From Malacoraja senta (taxonomy: Eukaryota), in assembly GCA_038087875.1 (NCBI GenBank), contig CM075996.1:2544001-2608000 (forward strand): a stretch of DNA of 64,000 nt, read 5' to 3'. The first letter of the stretch is position 1. The number at the start of each line of letters is the position of its first letter. Shown here piece after piece: positions 13,016 through 25,276 of the stretch. The position numbers and the translations under genes are program-made. The notes below the pieces were generated by a model. That model had not been told where the DNA came from. It did not search any database and worked only from the letters and a program-made list of their open reading frames with translations.

Positions 13016-14078
13016 CAGGGTCGGAGATAGGTCTCGACCCGAAATGTCACTTATTCCTTTTCTCCAGAGATGCTGCCTGACCCGCTGAGTTTCTGCAGCT
13101 TTTTGTGTCCGACCCAATAATTGGCATGGTGGAGTTCTTCCACTCTCCCTACTAACATTTAATCTTCAAACAGCATCACTGTGACACTTCAACTGAGAGT
13201 GGTTATTTACTTTGTTTCGGGCACTTGGACTGTTGAATTTTCTTGTGTTTTAAATCTTATCGAATAGTGAAAGTCTTGGACAACTTACCGAATAGTGAAA
13301 GGCTTGGACAGAGTGGATGTGGAGAGGATGTTTCCACTAGTGGGAAGAGTCTAGGACCACAGGTCATAGCCTCAGAATTAAAGGATGTTCCTTTAGGAAG
13401 GAAATGAGGAGGAATTTCTTTAGCCAGAGGGTGGTGAATCTGTGGAATTCATTGCCACAGAAGGCTGTGGAGGCCAAGTCAGTGGATATTTTTAAGGCGG
13501 AGATAGATACATTCTTGATTAGTACGGGTGTCAGGGGTTATGGGGAGAAGGCAGGAGAATGGGGTTAGGAAAGAGAGATAGATCAGCCACGATTGAATGG
13601 CGGCGTAGACTCGACGGGCCGAATGGTCTCGCCCTACTCTTTCCTTATGACCTTACTCCTATCACTTCTGAGTATCATTAACACTGGACTGACTTACTGT
13701 GGAGGGTGACGTTGGAAATTGAGACAGATTTACAGTACTCTGCTGCCAACTTCTGGCTTGTTCTAAGATTAAACACTTCTAATACAATTTTTAGATCTGC
13801 AATCTGTGTAGAAGTTAAAATCTTTATTCTGCGTCTAGTTGTGAAAATGGATTAGTTTGATGCATAGGAATCTGAGAAGATCTTTCAGTCCCTGAGCCTG
13901 TCAGTGGATATTTTTACGGCAGAGATAGATAGATTCTTGATTAGTGCGGGTGTCGGGGGTTACGGGGAGAAGGCAGGAGAATGGGGTTAGGAGGGAGAGA
14001 TGGATCAGCCATGATTGAATGGCAGAGTGGACCTGATGGGCCGAATGGCCTAATTCTTCAGTCTGAAGAAGGGTCTCG

Positions 14079-14278
14079 NNNNNNNNNNNNNNNNNNNNNN
14101 NNNNNNNNNNNNNNNNNNNNNNNNNNNNNNNNNNNNNNNNNNNNNNNNNNNNNNNNNNNNNNNNNNNNNNNNNNNNNNNNNNNNNNNNNNNNNNNNNNNN
14201 NNNNNNNNNNNNNNNNNNNNNNNNNNNNNNNNNNNNNNNNNNNNNNNNNNNNNNNNNNNNNNNNNNNNNNNNNNNNNN
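14079..14278. other. Assembly gap (200 N)
   Basis: Run of N. Confidence 1.
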
Positions 14279-14654
14279 AACATCGGAACAATCTTCCTGC
14301 ATCTAGCCTGTCCAACCCCATAAGAATTTTGTACGTTTCTAAATTGATCTGCCAACAGTCATAAAAAACACAAGATACATGAAACATGAAATTAAAGTGA
14401 CGTGTACAGATTGAGGGTAGGAGAGGGGGTGGGGGGGGGAGTCAGTCTCAGTCTACCCCACGACAGAAGGGGGAGGAGTTGTACCGTTTGATAGCCACAG
14501 GAAGAAGGATCTCCTGTGGCGTTCTGTGCTGCATCTTGGTGGGACCAGTCTGTGTGTGTTACCTAATCCTACACAAATCCATTCTATTCTCCCTTTCCCA
14601 TTGAGACATGAAAGGCGTCATATAAATGCATTCCTTTTATTCTTTATTCTTCAG

Positions 14655-14802
14655 TCCATTCTGGAGAAATGCAAAGATCTTTGGAGATGCAGAATGATCG
14701 AGGCCAAGAGTCTTGAACGGCTATGCTTTACGGAAATCTCGACAGCGCGTTGAATGATGACTCTAATGGTGGAAAGGAGGACACTCACATAATTCATCTT
14801 TG
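14655..14802 (+). CDS. Candidate downstream exon of the PPP6R3-like gene (stop at 14695-14697 if joined to exon F)
   Basis: Non-repetitive island with a strong polypyrimidine tract plus cag| and a ttg|gtaaga donor. Reads SPFWRNAKIFGDAE* in the phase of exon F. No homology support. Confidence 0.35.
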
Positions 14803-15239
14803 GTAAGAGTAAGCACACCTTCAGCCGAGTTACTTTGAATGGTTGATGTACAGAACATAATGTACTCTATCTTAAATTGCATCATCGAACATTCCGTTCT
14901 AAGTATAGCATTGGGTTAGGTTCATGTGCACCTCCTCCCACCTCATCTACTGTATCTGCTGTTCCGGGCGTGGACTCCTGTACATCGGCGAGACCTCCGC
15001 TCAGTCCGCTTAAACCCACCTGCTCAGCCCTTTAACTCCCCCTCCCATTCCCACACTGACCTTTCTGTCCTGGGCCTCCTCCACTGTCAGAGTGAGGAAC
15101 AGTACCTCATGTTTCACTTGGGCAGCTTACACCCCAGCGGTATGAATACTGACTTCTCTAACTTCAAGTAACCCTTGCTTTCCCTCTCTCTCCGTCCTGT
15201 TTCTCCAACCAGTCGGGCTGCCCCCGATCTCTGTTTTAT

Positions 15240-15622
15240 CATATGGGATTGTTAAGGGCTTGGACACGCTAGAGGCAGGAAACATGTTCCCGATGTTGGG
15301 GGAGTCCAGAACCAAGGGCCACAGTTTAAGAATGAGGAGTAAGCCATTTGGAATGGAGACGAGGAAACACTTTTTCTCACAGAGAGTGCTGAGTCTGTGG
15401 AATTCTCTGCCTCAGAGGGCGGTGGAGGCAGGTTCTCTGGATGCTTTCAAGAGAGAGCTAGATAGGGCTCTTAAAATAGTGGAGTCAGGGGATATGGGAG
15501 AAAGCAGGAACGGGGTACTGATTGGGGATGATCAGCATGATCACTTGAATGGCGGTGCTGGCTCGAAGGGCCAAATGGCCTACTCCTGCACCTATTGTCT
15601 ATTGTCTATTGTCTATTGTCTA
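15240..15622 (+). mobile_element. CR1 3' fragment nested in a Penelope-like fragment (about 14920-15870)
   Basis: CR1 C-terminus plus (ctattgt)n tail; the flanks resemble the GIY-YIG C-terminus and terminal repeat seen at 39.3-39.95 kb. Confidence 0.8.
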
Positions 15623-17311
15623 TCTCTGTTTGCTTTGTTGTCTCCTTCTCCTAGCTAACAATGGTGAATTTTTTCTTGAATTTCATCTTTTGATGTCTCA
15701 TTCTCACACCTTACCCTTCCTTATCTCTGTGTCTCCCTCTCCCCCTGACTCACCCCATAACATCACCCCCTCCTTCTCTCCAGAGATGCTGCCTGTCCTG
15801 CTTAGTTACTCCAGCATTTTGAGTCTACCTTCTGTGTAAACCAGCATCTGCAGTTCCTTCCTGCACATTGGGCCAGGATTAGCTCACTCCATTGCTGCTA
15901 GTGTTGAGTGGTGAAGTTCTTTCAATACCATTCCATCCATTGGACAGGGGTTGTGGTGTTATGGGGAGAAGGCAGGAGAAGTGGGGTTAGGAGGGAGAGA
16001 TAGATCAGCCATGACTGAAAGGCAGAGTAGACTTGATGGGCCGAATGTTTGCGAACTTATGAAGTTATGACACTGAAAGGCTTGATGGAGTGAATATGAA
16101 TAATGAAAGGCCTGGATAGAGTGGATGTGGAGAGGATGTTTCCACTAGTGGGAGAGTCCAGGACCCGAGGTCATCGCTTCAGAATAAAAGGACGGGCCTT
16201 TAGAAAGAAGAGGAGGAATTTATTTAGTCACAGGGTGGTGAATCTGTGGAATTCATTGCCGCAGATGGCTGCGGAGGCCAAGTCAATGGGTATTTTTAAG
16301 GTGGAGATTGATAGATTCTTGATTAGTACGGGTATCAGGGGTTATGGGGAGAAGGCAGGAGAATAGGGTTGAGAGAGAAAGATGATTGAATGGTAGAGCA
16401 GCCGTGATTGTATGGTGAGTAGACTTTATGGGCTGAATGCCTTAGTTCTGCTCCTCGAACTTATAAACATACTGACTAGCAACAGTGGAGCGAAGTGGAT
16501 CAAAAATACACTGTGGGAACAATGCGATAACACTGGAGAGGGTGCAGAGGAGATGCACCAGGTTGAGGCTTTGAGTAGACAGTTACGGCGAGGAAACAGG
16601 GCCTTCGGCCCACCCAGTCCATGCCGCCATTCACACTAGTTCTATGTTATCCACTTTCTCACCCACTCCCAACACACTAGGTGAAATTTAACGAGGTCCA
16701 TTTAAACCTACAGACCCGCACGTCTTTGCGATGTGGGAGAAACCGGAGCACCCGGAGAAAACCCACGCAGTCCCAGGGAGTCATAGCCTGGGATGGAGTG
16801 TTTCAGTTGTTAGAAGACACTGGAAAGACTGGGCATTGGTTTTCTTTGAAGCAGAGGAGGGTTGAGCAGGTCTTGATGGATTCTGAGGTGGAACAGTAGT
16901 CAAACAGGTACACGGGGGATGAATACGTTTGGGTTCAGAGCTGCAAGGAGTGGCGTTGAATGATTAAAAGATTATGGTACAGTGTTTCAATTCACATTCT
17001 CTGCCCAAAACCAAATCATTGCTCACAAATCTAGTGATAAGTGTTGTCAGGAATGTATGTTTGTGATAAATGTATAGTAGGATTGTCACTGAAGTGTATG
17101 CCAATAAAGAATTTCACCATACTTAGGTACTTAGTAAATTTAAGTTAATTTAATTTCATGTTCCATGTATCTTGTTGTGTGTTTATGACTGTAGGCAGAC
17201 CAATTTCCCTCCTGGGATAAATAAAGTTCTATCGTATAGTATCATATCGCATCGTATCGTATCGTAGTACTAAGTATACGTGACAATAAACTACAATTGG
17301 ACCATTGAATG

Positions 17312-17625
17312 TTTAGTTTCATTCAGAGATACAGCGCGGAAACAGACCCTTCGGCCCACCGAGTCCGCGCCGACCAGCGATCCCGGCACACTAACACTAT
17401 CCTGCACCCACTAGGGACAATTTACAGTTTTGGTCGAAGCCGATTAACCTACAAACCTGCACGTCTTTGGAGTGTGGGAGGAAACCGGAGCACCCGGAGA
17501 AAACCCACGCAGTTCATGGGGAGAACATACAAACTCCGTACAGACAGCACCCGTAGTCAGGATGGAACCTGGGTCTCTCACGCTTTAAGATAGCAACTCT
17601 ACCACTGCGCCACCGTGCTGCCCCA
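17312..17625 (-). mobile_element. HE1-like V-SINE
   Basis: Reverse complement of the same consensus. Further copies at about 8975-9530, 35970-36258, 44992-45432, 48487-48872, 49126-49325, 58300-58603 and 63300-63590. Confidence 0.85.
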
Positions 17626-18348
17626 TGCTGCCAATGTTAGAAGAAACTGTGTAAGAAATCGTTCTGGATTTATAAATTTGGCGATGTTTAGATATTTGCA
17701 CTGTTTTCGATTGCATTACAATCTTTTAGTTTAGGGCAATGTTAGGTCATTTTTTTTCAGATTAGGGTGGCACGGTGGCACAGTGGTGCTGTCTGTACAG
17801 AGTTTGCACATTCTTCCCGTGACCTGCGTGGGTTTTCTCCGGGTGCTCTAATATCCTCCCACACTCCAAGACGTACAGGTTTGTAGGTTAATTGGCTTCG
17901 ACCAAAACTGTAAATTGTCCCGAGTGGGTGTAGGGTGTAGGGTATAATTCTTACACATGATCCAAATAAAAATCACAAAACCACATGCCACATGTCCTAG
18001 TTCAGCTTCTGTAACCTTTGGAAATTCCCAGTATAAACAAAACTGGTCACAAAGGCCACAGCTGACAATGGCCTGTTTCCTTCAACAGCGTAACTTTTTT
18101 TGCATACTTTCATTTATTTGTCCTATATCTCTCTACACCTGTCTGTATCTCTTGTTTCCCTTTCCCCTGACACTCAATCTGAAGAAGGGTCTGGACCCGA
18201 AACGTCACCTATTCCTTTTCTCCAGAGATGCAGCCTGACCCAGGGAGTTAATCTAATTTTCTGTGTCTATCTTCGGTCAAAGTCTATCTATCACCACTCT
18301 TGGCTCTATGCACATGTACTGTTTTCACCGCATGACCCTGCCTTTTAG

Positions 18349-18950
18349 TTTTGACCTGGCGAATCTGCAGTGAATTAGAAGCTGTACCTAAGCAATACTT
18401 TGCCGTAAACTTACAGCCCAACAATCTAGTTGGGAATGTTATCTGATTGGGCTGACAAGGGTAATAGATCTGTTTTTTTACACGTGAATGTAAAATTGCT
18501 CAAATGAACATTGAATGGAATGTCCCGGTACTGAGCAATAAATAACTTTTATTCCTTGATTGCTTTGTTAAGGTGAAAGTAACAATTGCCCTTTGCATAC
18601 CTCAGAGTTACTAAATAGCTTTCTGTTGTAGTAATGAGTGAATTATTAGAATTTTAAATGAGTAATCATGATTAGTTTTTAGTTGCATTTTTGCACTAAG
18701 TAGAATAATTTCTCTTTTTTTTGCACTAACTTTTGCACAACTAACTTTTTTTGCGCTAACTTTGCACCAACATTTTTGCACTAACTAGAATGATTTCTTT
18801 TGGTAAAGTAACTTGTGATTTTTAGACTGAGGTGCAAAAGGCAAATCAGTTTATTCAGGGGGTAACCGACACAGTTTCCACTCTTGGTAAGTATGATGGG
18901 AGCTGGATTGAAAAAGTGCATTGTGTCATCATTGAATGAGGACATCTGGT
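18349..18950 (+). other. Putative terminal exon / 3' UTR of the PPP6R3-like gene
   Basis: ccttttag| acceptor, then about 600 bp of unique AT-rich sequence with clustered TTTGCAC motifs. Gives SFDLANLQ* if spliced from exon F. No clear AATAAA seen, so the 3' limit is approximate. Confidence 0.45.
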
Positions 18951-19413
18951 CAAGAGGCTTTGAGTCATGAGTCAATAGTCACAAGAGTCAATAGTATTTT
19001 ATTGTCACAAGTCCGAAATGGAACCATGGAATTCTTACTTTCAGCGGCACGACAGATACACAGTTATATTGACATAGTGGAGTGGATGGTCGTAGAGTCG
19101 GAGGGAAGGAGGAATCACAGAGGGGGATTACTGCCTCCGACTACATTCTATCTTTGGTCCCACCACTCCGCTGACAACAGTCTGAAGAAGAAGGGTCTCG
19201 ACCCAAAACGTCACTCAATCCTTCTCTCCAGAGATGCTGCCTGACCCGCTGAGTTACTCCAGCATTTTGTGTCTATCTTCGATTTAAACCAGCGTCTGCA
19301 TTTCTTTCCTACACGTAGATCATTGTTAGCTGGGGAAGTTCACAACAAAGAAAACAGAGATCAAATGTAGTCGGAGACAGTAAGACTGTTGGAGAACTGG
19401 GAAGGGGAGGGAT

Positions 19414-19797
<384 letters not shown>

Positions 19798-19899
19798 AAG
19801 GGTTACTTGAAGTTAGAGAAGTCAATGTGTGTCCTATCTGGGGCCACATGACCATAAAACACTCTTGACCAAAGTTCATAGAGCTCTTGACTATTGACT

Positions 19900-20335
19900 C
19901 ATTGTGTCTCCCTGCCCGCATCAAAGATGGCGCCGGCCATACTGGCACCGCCACGTGACGCCGACCCCCCCCCCGCTCCAGGACAGTCACGTGCCGTAGT
20001 CCCGCCTCCCGCGCCGCCGCCATTGGTCGGAGCGCCGGCTGTCCGGGCTCTGAGTGGGCGAGGCGGCTGTCCGTCTGGCGGAGGGGGGAGGGGCTGGGGT
20101 TGGGACGGGGACGCGGACGCGGGCGGGAGGAGCCGGGCTGCAGGTAAATGGGGAGTGGGTGAAGGTGAACGGTGGTGGTGCAGGTGAGGAGGGGCGCTGT
20201 TGTTGTGGCGGCGGCGGCCGGGGGGAGGGGGAGGGAGGAGATGATGGAGCTGTTGCTATGGCAGTGGGGGCCTGGCCCTGCGGCGTCGGCAGCATCATCA
20301 TCCCCTCCATATCATCCTCATCCCGGGGCCGGGGT
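19900..20335 (+). promoter_or_regulatory. PLA2G6: CpG-island promoter of PLA2G6
   Basis: GC/CpG-rich island with YY1 AAGATGGCG (19924-19932), E-boxes CACGTGAC (19952-19959) and GTCACGTG (19986-19993), an inverted CCAAT (~20022) and GC boxes. Confidence 0.8.
20040..20143 (+). other. PLA2G6: PLA2G6 putative non-coding exon 1 (5' limit approximate)
   Basis: Strong donor ctgcag|gtaaat inside the CpG island. The ATG-containing exon at 27721 has an acceptor, so an upstream exon is required. Confidence 0.6.
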
Positions 20336-20359
20336 TGTGGCCCACACCTGAGACTCAGG

Positions 20360-21935
20360 CTTGGGCCTTGTTGCTTGGGGTCAACCGTCAAGGGGCTTGT
20401 ACCTAGTACATTGTACCTTGGGACCCCTGGGTCTGTGGCTTAGGCTTGTGGTTTGGGGCATCTGCTTGGGGACGGGACTTCTGTCTTGGTACCCAGGTTT
20501 GGGGCAAGTTGTAGTACATTGTGCTTTGGTGCTTCTACCTTGGGGCTTGTAATACATTGTACCTTGGGGATTGTAATACATTGTACCTTGGGGATTGTAA
20601 TACATTGTGCTTTGGTGCTTCTACCTTGGGCTTGTAATACATTGTACCTTGGGGCTTGTAATACATTGTACCTTGGGGATTGTAATACATTGTGCTTTGG
20701 TGCTTCTACCTTGGGGCTTGTAATACATTGTACCTTGGGGATTGTAATACATTGTGCTTTGGTGCTTCTACCTTGGGGCTTGTACCTAGTACATTGTAGC
20801 TTGGGGCTTGTAATACATTCCTTGGGGCTTGTAGTACATTGTGCTTTGGGGCTTGTACCTTGGGGCTTGTAATACATTGTAGCTTGGGGCTTGTAATACA
20901 TTGTGCTTTGGGGCTTGTACCTTGGGGCTTGTAATACATTGTAGCTTGGGGCTTGTAATACATTGTGCTTTGGGGCTAGTACCTTGGGGCTTGTAATACA
21001 CTGTACCTTGGGGCTTGTAATACATTCCTTGGGGCTTGTAATACATTCCTTGGGGCTTGTAATACATTCCTTGGGGCTTGTAATACATTCCTTGGGGCTT
21101 GTAGTACATTGTGGGTTGGGGCTTGTACCTTGGGGCTTGTAGTACATTGTGGCTTGGGGCTTGTACCTTGGGGCTTGTAGTACATTGTGCTTTGATGCTT
21201 GTAGCATGGGGCTTGTACCTAGTACATTGTGGGTTGGGGTTTGTAGCTTGGGGCTTGTACTTAGTACATTGTACCTTGGGGCTTGTAATACATTGTGCTT
21301 TGGTCCTTGTAGCTTGGGGCTTGCACATAGTACATTGCACTTTGGGGCCCCTGGGTCTGTGGCTTAGGCTTGTGGTTTGGGGCATTTGCTTGGGACGGGA
21401 CTTCTGTCTCAGGTTCGGGGCTTGTAGTACATTGTGCTTGTAGCTTGGGGCTTGTACCTAGTACATTGTACCTTGGGGCCCCTGGGTCTGTGGCTTTGCT
21501 TTGGCTTGTGGTTTGGGGCATCCACTTGGGACGGGACTTCTGTCTTGGTACCCAGGTTCGGGGCTTGCAGCCCAAGCTTGGGGCCCTTGGGTCTGTGGAT
21601 TGGACCTTTGCTTGTGATTTGGGGCTCTAGGTTGGGACTTGTGAGCCAAGCGTGGGGCCCCTGAGTTTTGCGGCTTGGAGCCCAAGCTCGTGGCAATGGG
21701 GCTTGGGGCCAGAGTTTGCGGCCCAGGCATGAGTATCAAGGTTGTGGCTTGGCAACCCTGGGCTTGGGAACGAGGCTTGGGGCCAAGGCTAGTGGCTTGG
21801 AGTTCAAGCTTGGGGCTGCGGGCTATGGGTCCCTGGGTTTGTGGCTAAAGCTTGCGGGCCTCGGGGTTAGTCTGGGGGTTAGGGGCCCCTGGGCTTGTGG
21901 CTCCAACTTGGGACGGTTCCCAAGCTTGGGAGTCT
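20360..21935. repeat. Complex minisatellite in PLA2G6 intron 1 (core ggggcttgtaatacattgtacctt; 13-37-bp modules)
   Basis: Seen directly; decays into ggggct-rich sequence after about 21560. Confidence 0.95.
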
Positions 21936-22110
21936 AGCTAGAGACAAAATGCTGCAGTAACTCAGCGGGACAGGCAGTATCTCTGGAGAGAAGGATTGGG
22001 TGACGTTTCGGGGTCAAGACCCTTCAGACCGCAGGTCAGTGGAGAGGGAGTCTAGAGATTTGGAAGGGTTAGTTCTGGAAACGACAGAAGAAGCAGACTG
22101 TGTGTGTGTG

Positions 22111-22178
<68 letters not shown>

Positions 22179-23275
22179 AATAAATAAACCGATAAAGTGC
22201 AAATAAACAGATAATGGGCTATTAATGTTCAGAGTTTTGTCCGAGCCGAGTTTAATAGCCTGATGGCTGTGGGGAAGTAGCTATTCCTGAACCTGGTCGT
22301 TGCAGTCTTCAGGAAAGGAAATGTAGAATGGTTCAGTGTTGGCTGAGGGGAAGGCGACAAGGAGGCATACTCAGTAAAATTAATCAGGATAGTGAAGCTA
22401 GTCGGAGAAGTAGGGTGGGGGGAGGGACGGTGGCAGTCCTTCATTGGCAGACCCCTGGCCATCTTCCAGGTGAATTGCAGTTGTTAGTGTCAAGGCCATG
22501 TGAGTGGTTCCACATACAGATTGTCTTTAGGAATATCACTCCTATAAAACATGCATTCAGGGAACCATAAAAATCCAATTTGATATGGTACAATGCGAAG
22601 ATAGACACAAAAAGCTGGAGTAACTCCGCAGGTCAGACAGCATCTCTGGAGAAAAGGAACAGGTGACGTTTCGGATCAAGACCTTTTTTCAGTCCATGGT
22701 TAGGGTGGTTAGGTCTCGACCCGAAACGTCACCCATTCCTTCTCTCCAGAGATGCTGCCTGTCCCGCTGAGTTACTCCAGCATTTTGTGTCTGTCTTTGG
22801 TTTAAACCGGCATCTGCAGTTCCTTCCGACACAGGGTACATTGCGACATGCACCCTCTTTAGTCCCTCTGGGAAGCGCGATTCTCTCTCCCTTCTGCAAT
22901 CTTTGCAAACATGCTGATGCTAGGCCAATACTCGAACGCCCAGTTATTGCCTGCCTGCAAGCCTAACTGAAGTCAGTTGCGTGGGAATCAAGGGCAAGGT
23001 TGTTGGGCTGGAAGAACATTCAGTGCCATGTTGGCATGCAGTGGGTTAAAATATGTTGCGGACCTGAAATTAATCAACCAAACTTTTGTTGTTGTTGTGC
23101 ATGGCTGTATGGTACTTCGCGTATCACTGTACCTTAATTGGTACACGTGACAATAAAAGACCTTTGAAAGCTTTGATCCTGGGTCACTGGCGCTGTGAGG
23201 CAGCAACTCTACCGCTGTGCATCTGTGCTGTCCCTTTCATTTTGTACACTTGTCAAGTGAGAGTTATGGTTGAAA

Positions 23276-23970
23276 CTTCTGGGTAAATATTTTCAGTATA
23301 ATATCTAAAGTAACCAGCACACAATTGGACCCAGATCCAAAATTAATAATACTCGGAATATTAGAATTAAATCAAACATTTAGAACAACACAAAGAAACT
23401 TTATTGATTATAGTTTAATAACAGGAAAAAAATTAATTCTAAAATTTTGGAAAGGCCCTACGACCCCCACAATCAAAATGTGGATTATAGAAATGACGGA
23501 GACCTTAAACGTGGAAAGAATCAGATTCTCCCTGTTGGACAAACATGAATTATTCGTTGGAACATGGTCTCCTTTTATTGATTACTTAAAGGGTCAGAAT
23601 AGTTCAGCACAGGAACCTGACTAGCACTCGGGCTAAAGAATGGATGAAATGCTATACTTAGAAATGTACGAATATATCTCGAATGAAGTTTTTTATTTTA
23701 ATAAATTTTTCCATTCTTCTTTAACTATCTTTTTCTTTTTTTGTTGTTGTTGTTGTTGTTGTTTTTTGTTGTTGTTTTTCTTCTCTTTCTTTTCTTTCTT
23801 TACTTCATCTATCTCTTTAGTTCTATTTAGTTTTAAAAAAAAAGGCAAAAGGTATTGGAGACAATGTAATAATAATTGACAATATTATCAATTTAAAAAT
23901 GTAAGACTGTAATGATGTAAATAGGTTGTGTACTTATCTCCAATAAAAAATATTTTCAAAAAAAAAAAAA
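23276..23970 (+). mobile_element. 5'-truncated L1-clade LINE with poly(A) tail and TSD
   Basis: KKLILKFWK...WSPFIDYL is an ORF2 C-terminus. AATAAA and A-tail present; 15-bp TSD gagttatggttgaaa at 23261-23275 and 23971-23985. Confidence 0.85.
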
Positions 23971-24869
23971 GAGTTATGGTTGAAATGAGATTTGCATATA
24001 CTCCATTATGTTATCAGCCAATATCTTTCCAATCAAAGGCTTATTATTATTATCGGTGAGTGCATCAATTTGTATTCATTGACTGCCTGCATTTGCCTAG
24101 AAAGCCTCCATCTGCTCTTTCGAGAAGTATCAGCAAACAAACTAGTTGATTAAGAAAGAACTGCAGATGCTGGAAAAATCGAAGGTGGACAAAAATGCTG
24201 GAGAAACTCAGCGGGTGAGGCAGCATCTATGGAGAGAAGGAATGGGTGACGTTTCGGGTAGGGACCCTTCTTCAGACTTCAAACAAACTAGTTTACATAA
24301 TTAAATATTCAGGTGTATGTAGGCTTATAAAGGAGGAGATGAAGGAGGCAGACAGGTTTAAGGAGGGAATTCCAGGCCTTGTATATCTTTGTTTAGCAGA
24401 GAAACAGTCTTGACGCCTGTTCTTCCAAACTAGATGTCGCAACAACAAATGCTAAATGTTGCAACTTACCGTGGCACAATTTGACAGCTGAAAGATTGCT
24501 TCTAACTTCTAATCGTATGTAATCTTGTGATTATAATTGGATTAAAATTATATTAATTCTTTAGCATTGCTGGTGTGCGACTTTGCGACAAATTGGATTT
24601 CACTAAATCTGTTTGCTGCTCGTAAGTGTTAATTCATTGCCTGGCACTTTGATTCTAATTCTGGAATAAGTAATGAATATTGGAGAACAAAAGGTAGATA
24701 CTGCTGAGGTGGGAGATCTGAAATCGGAACTGAGAACACTGGAAGGATTCACCAGGTCAGGAAGAAAGACACAGCGATGATGGAGGGGGGAAATGTTTAG
24801 TTTAGTTTAGGAAGGAATTGCAGATGCTGGTTTACACCGAAGATAGAGATAAATGCTGGAGTTTCTCTG

Positions 24870-25276
24870 GGGTAGATCTCAACTGAAGGAAGGTCGGCGA
24901 GCCCCCCGGCGGGTCAAAGAAATGCTTCAAGGACAACATCAAGAACAGTTCGAAGAAATTCCACATCACATCGAGCAACTGGGAGCAAATTGCACTGGAC
25001 AGGCGCTCCTGGGGGAAATCTGTGCAGGAAGGAGCTGCACGTCACGAAACGGAACTACGCCGTGTCGCAGAGACAAAGCGACAGCACCGTAAGGAGCGAG
25101 AGAGAGAAGGGGGCTCGACGGCTACCAACCACCGCCAGTCTCCACTGCCCACGTTGCACCAAGGTGCGTGGATCGCGGATCGGCCTCTACTTACATCTGC
25201 AGACCCACAAGTAGACGACCCTATGGAGAGGAGAGGACAGTCATACTCGTCTCGAGTGACTGCCGATGATGATGAG
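24870..25276 (+). mobile_element. RTE (BovB-like) LINE 3' fragment
   Basis: Frameshifted LKEGRRAP..FKDNIK..WEQIALDR..CPRCTK..SRIGLYLHLQTH (C-terminal Zn finger) and a (gat)n tail. Confidence 0.75.

Noticed and set aside
13901..14387. ORFs spanning N runs (also 61676-62263)
   Set aside because: Artefacts of assembly gaps.
20381..21937. Long overlapping ORFs (CITSPK / MYYKPQG repeats)
   Set aside because: Translations of a minisatellite in several frames; no supporting gene structure.
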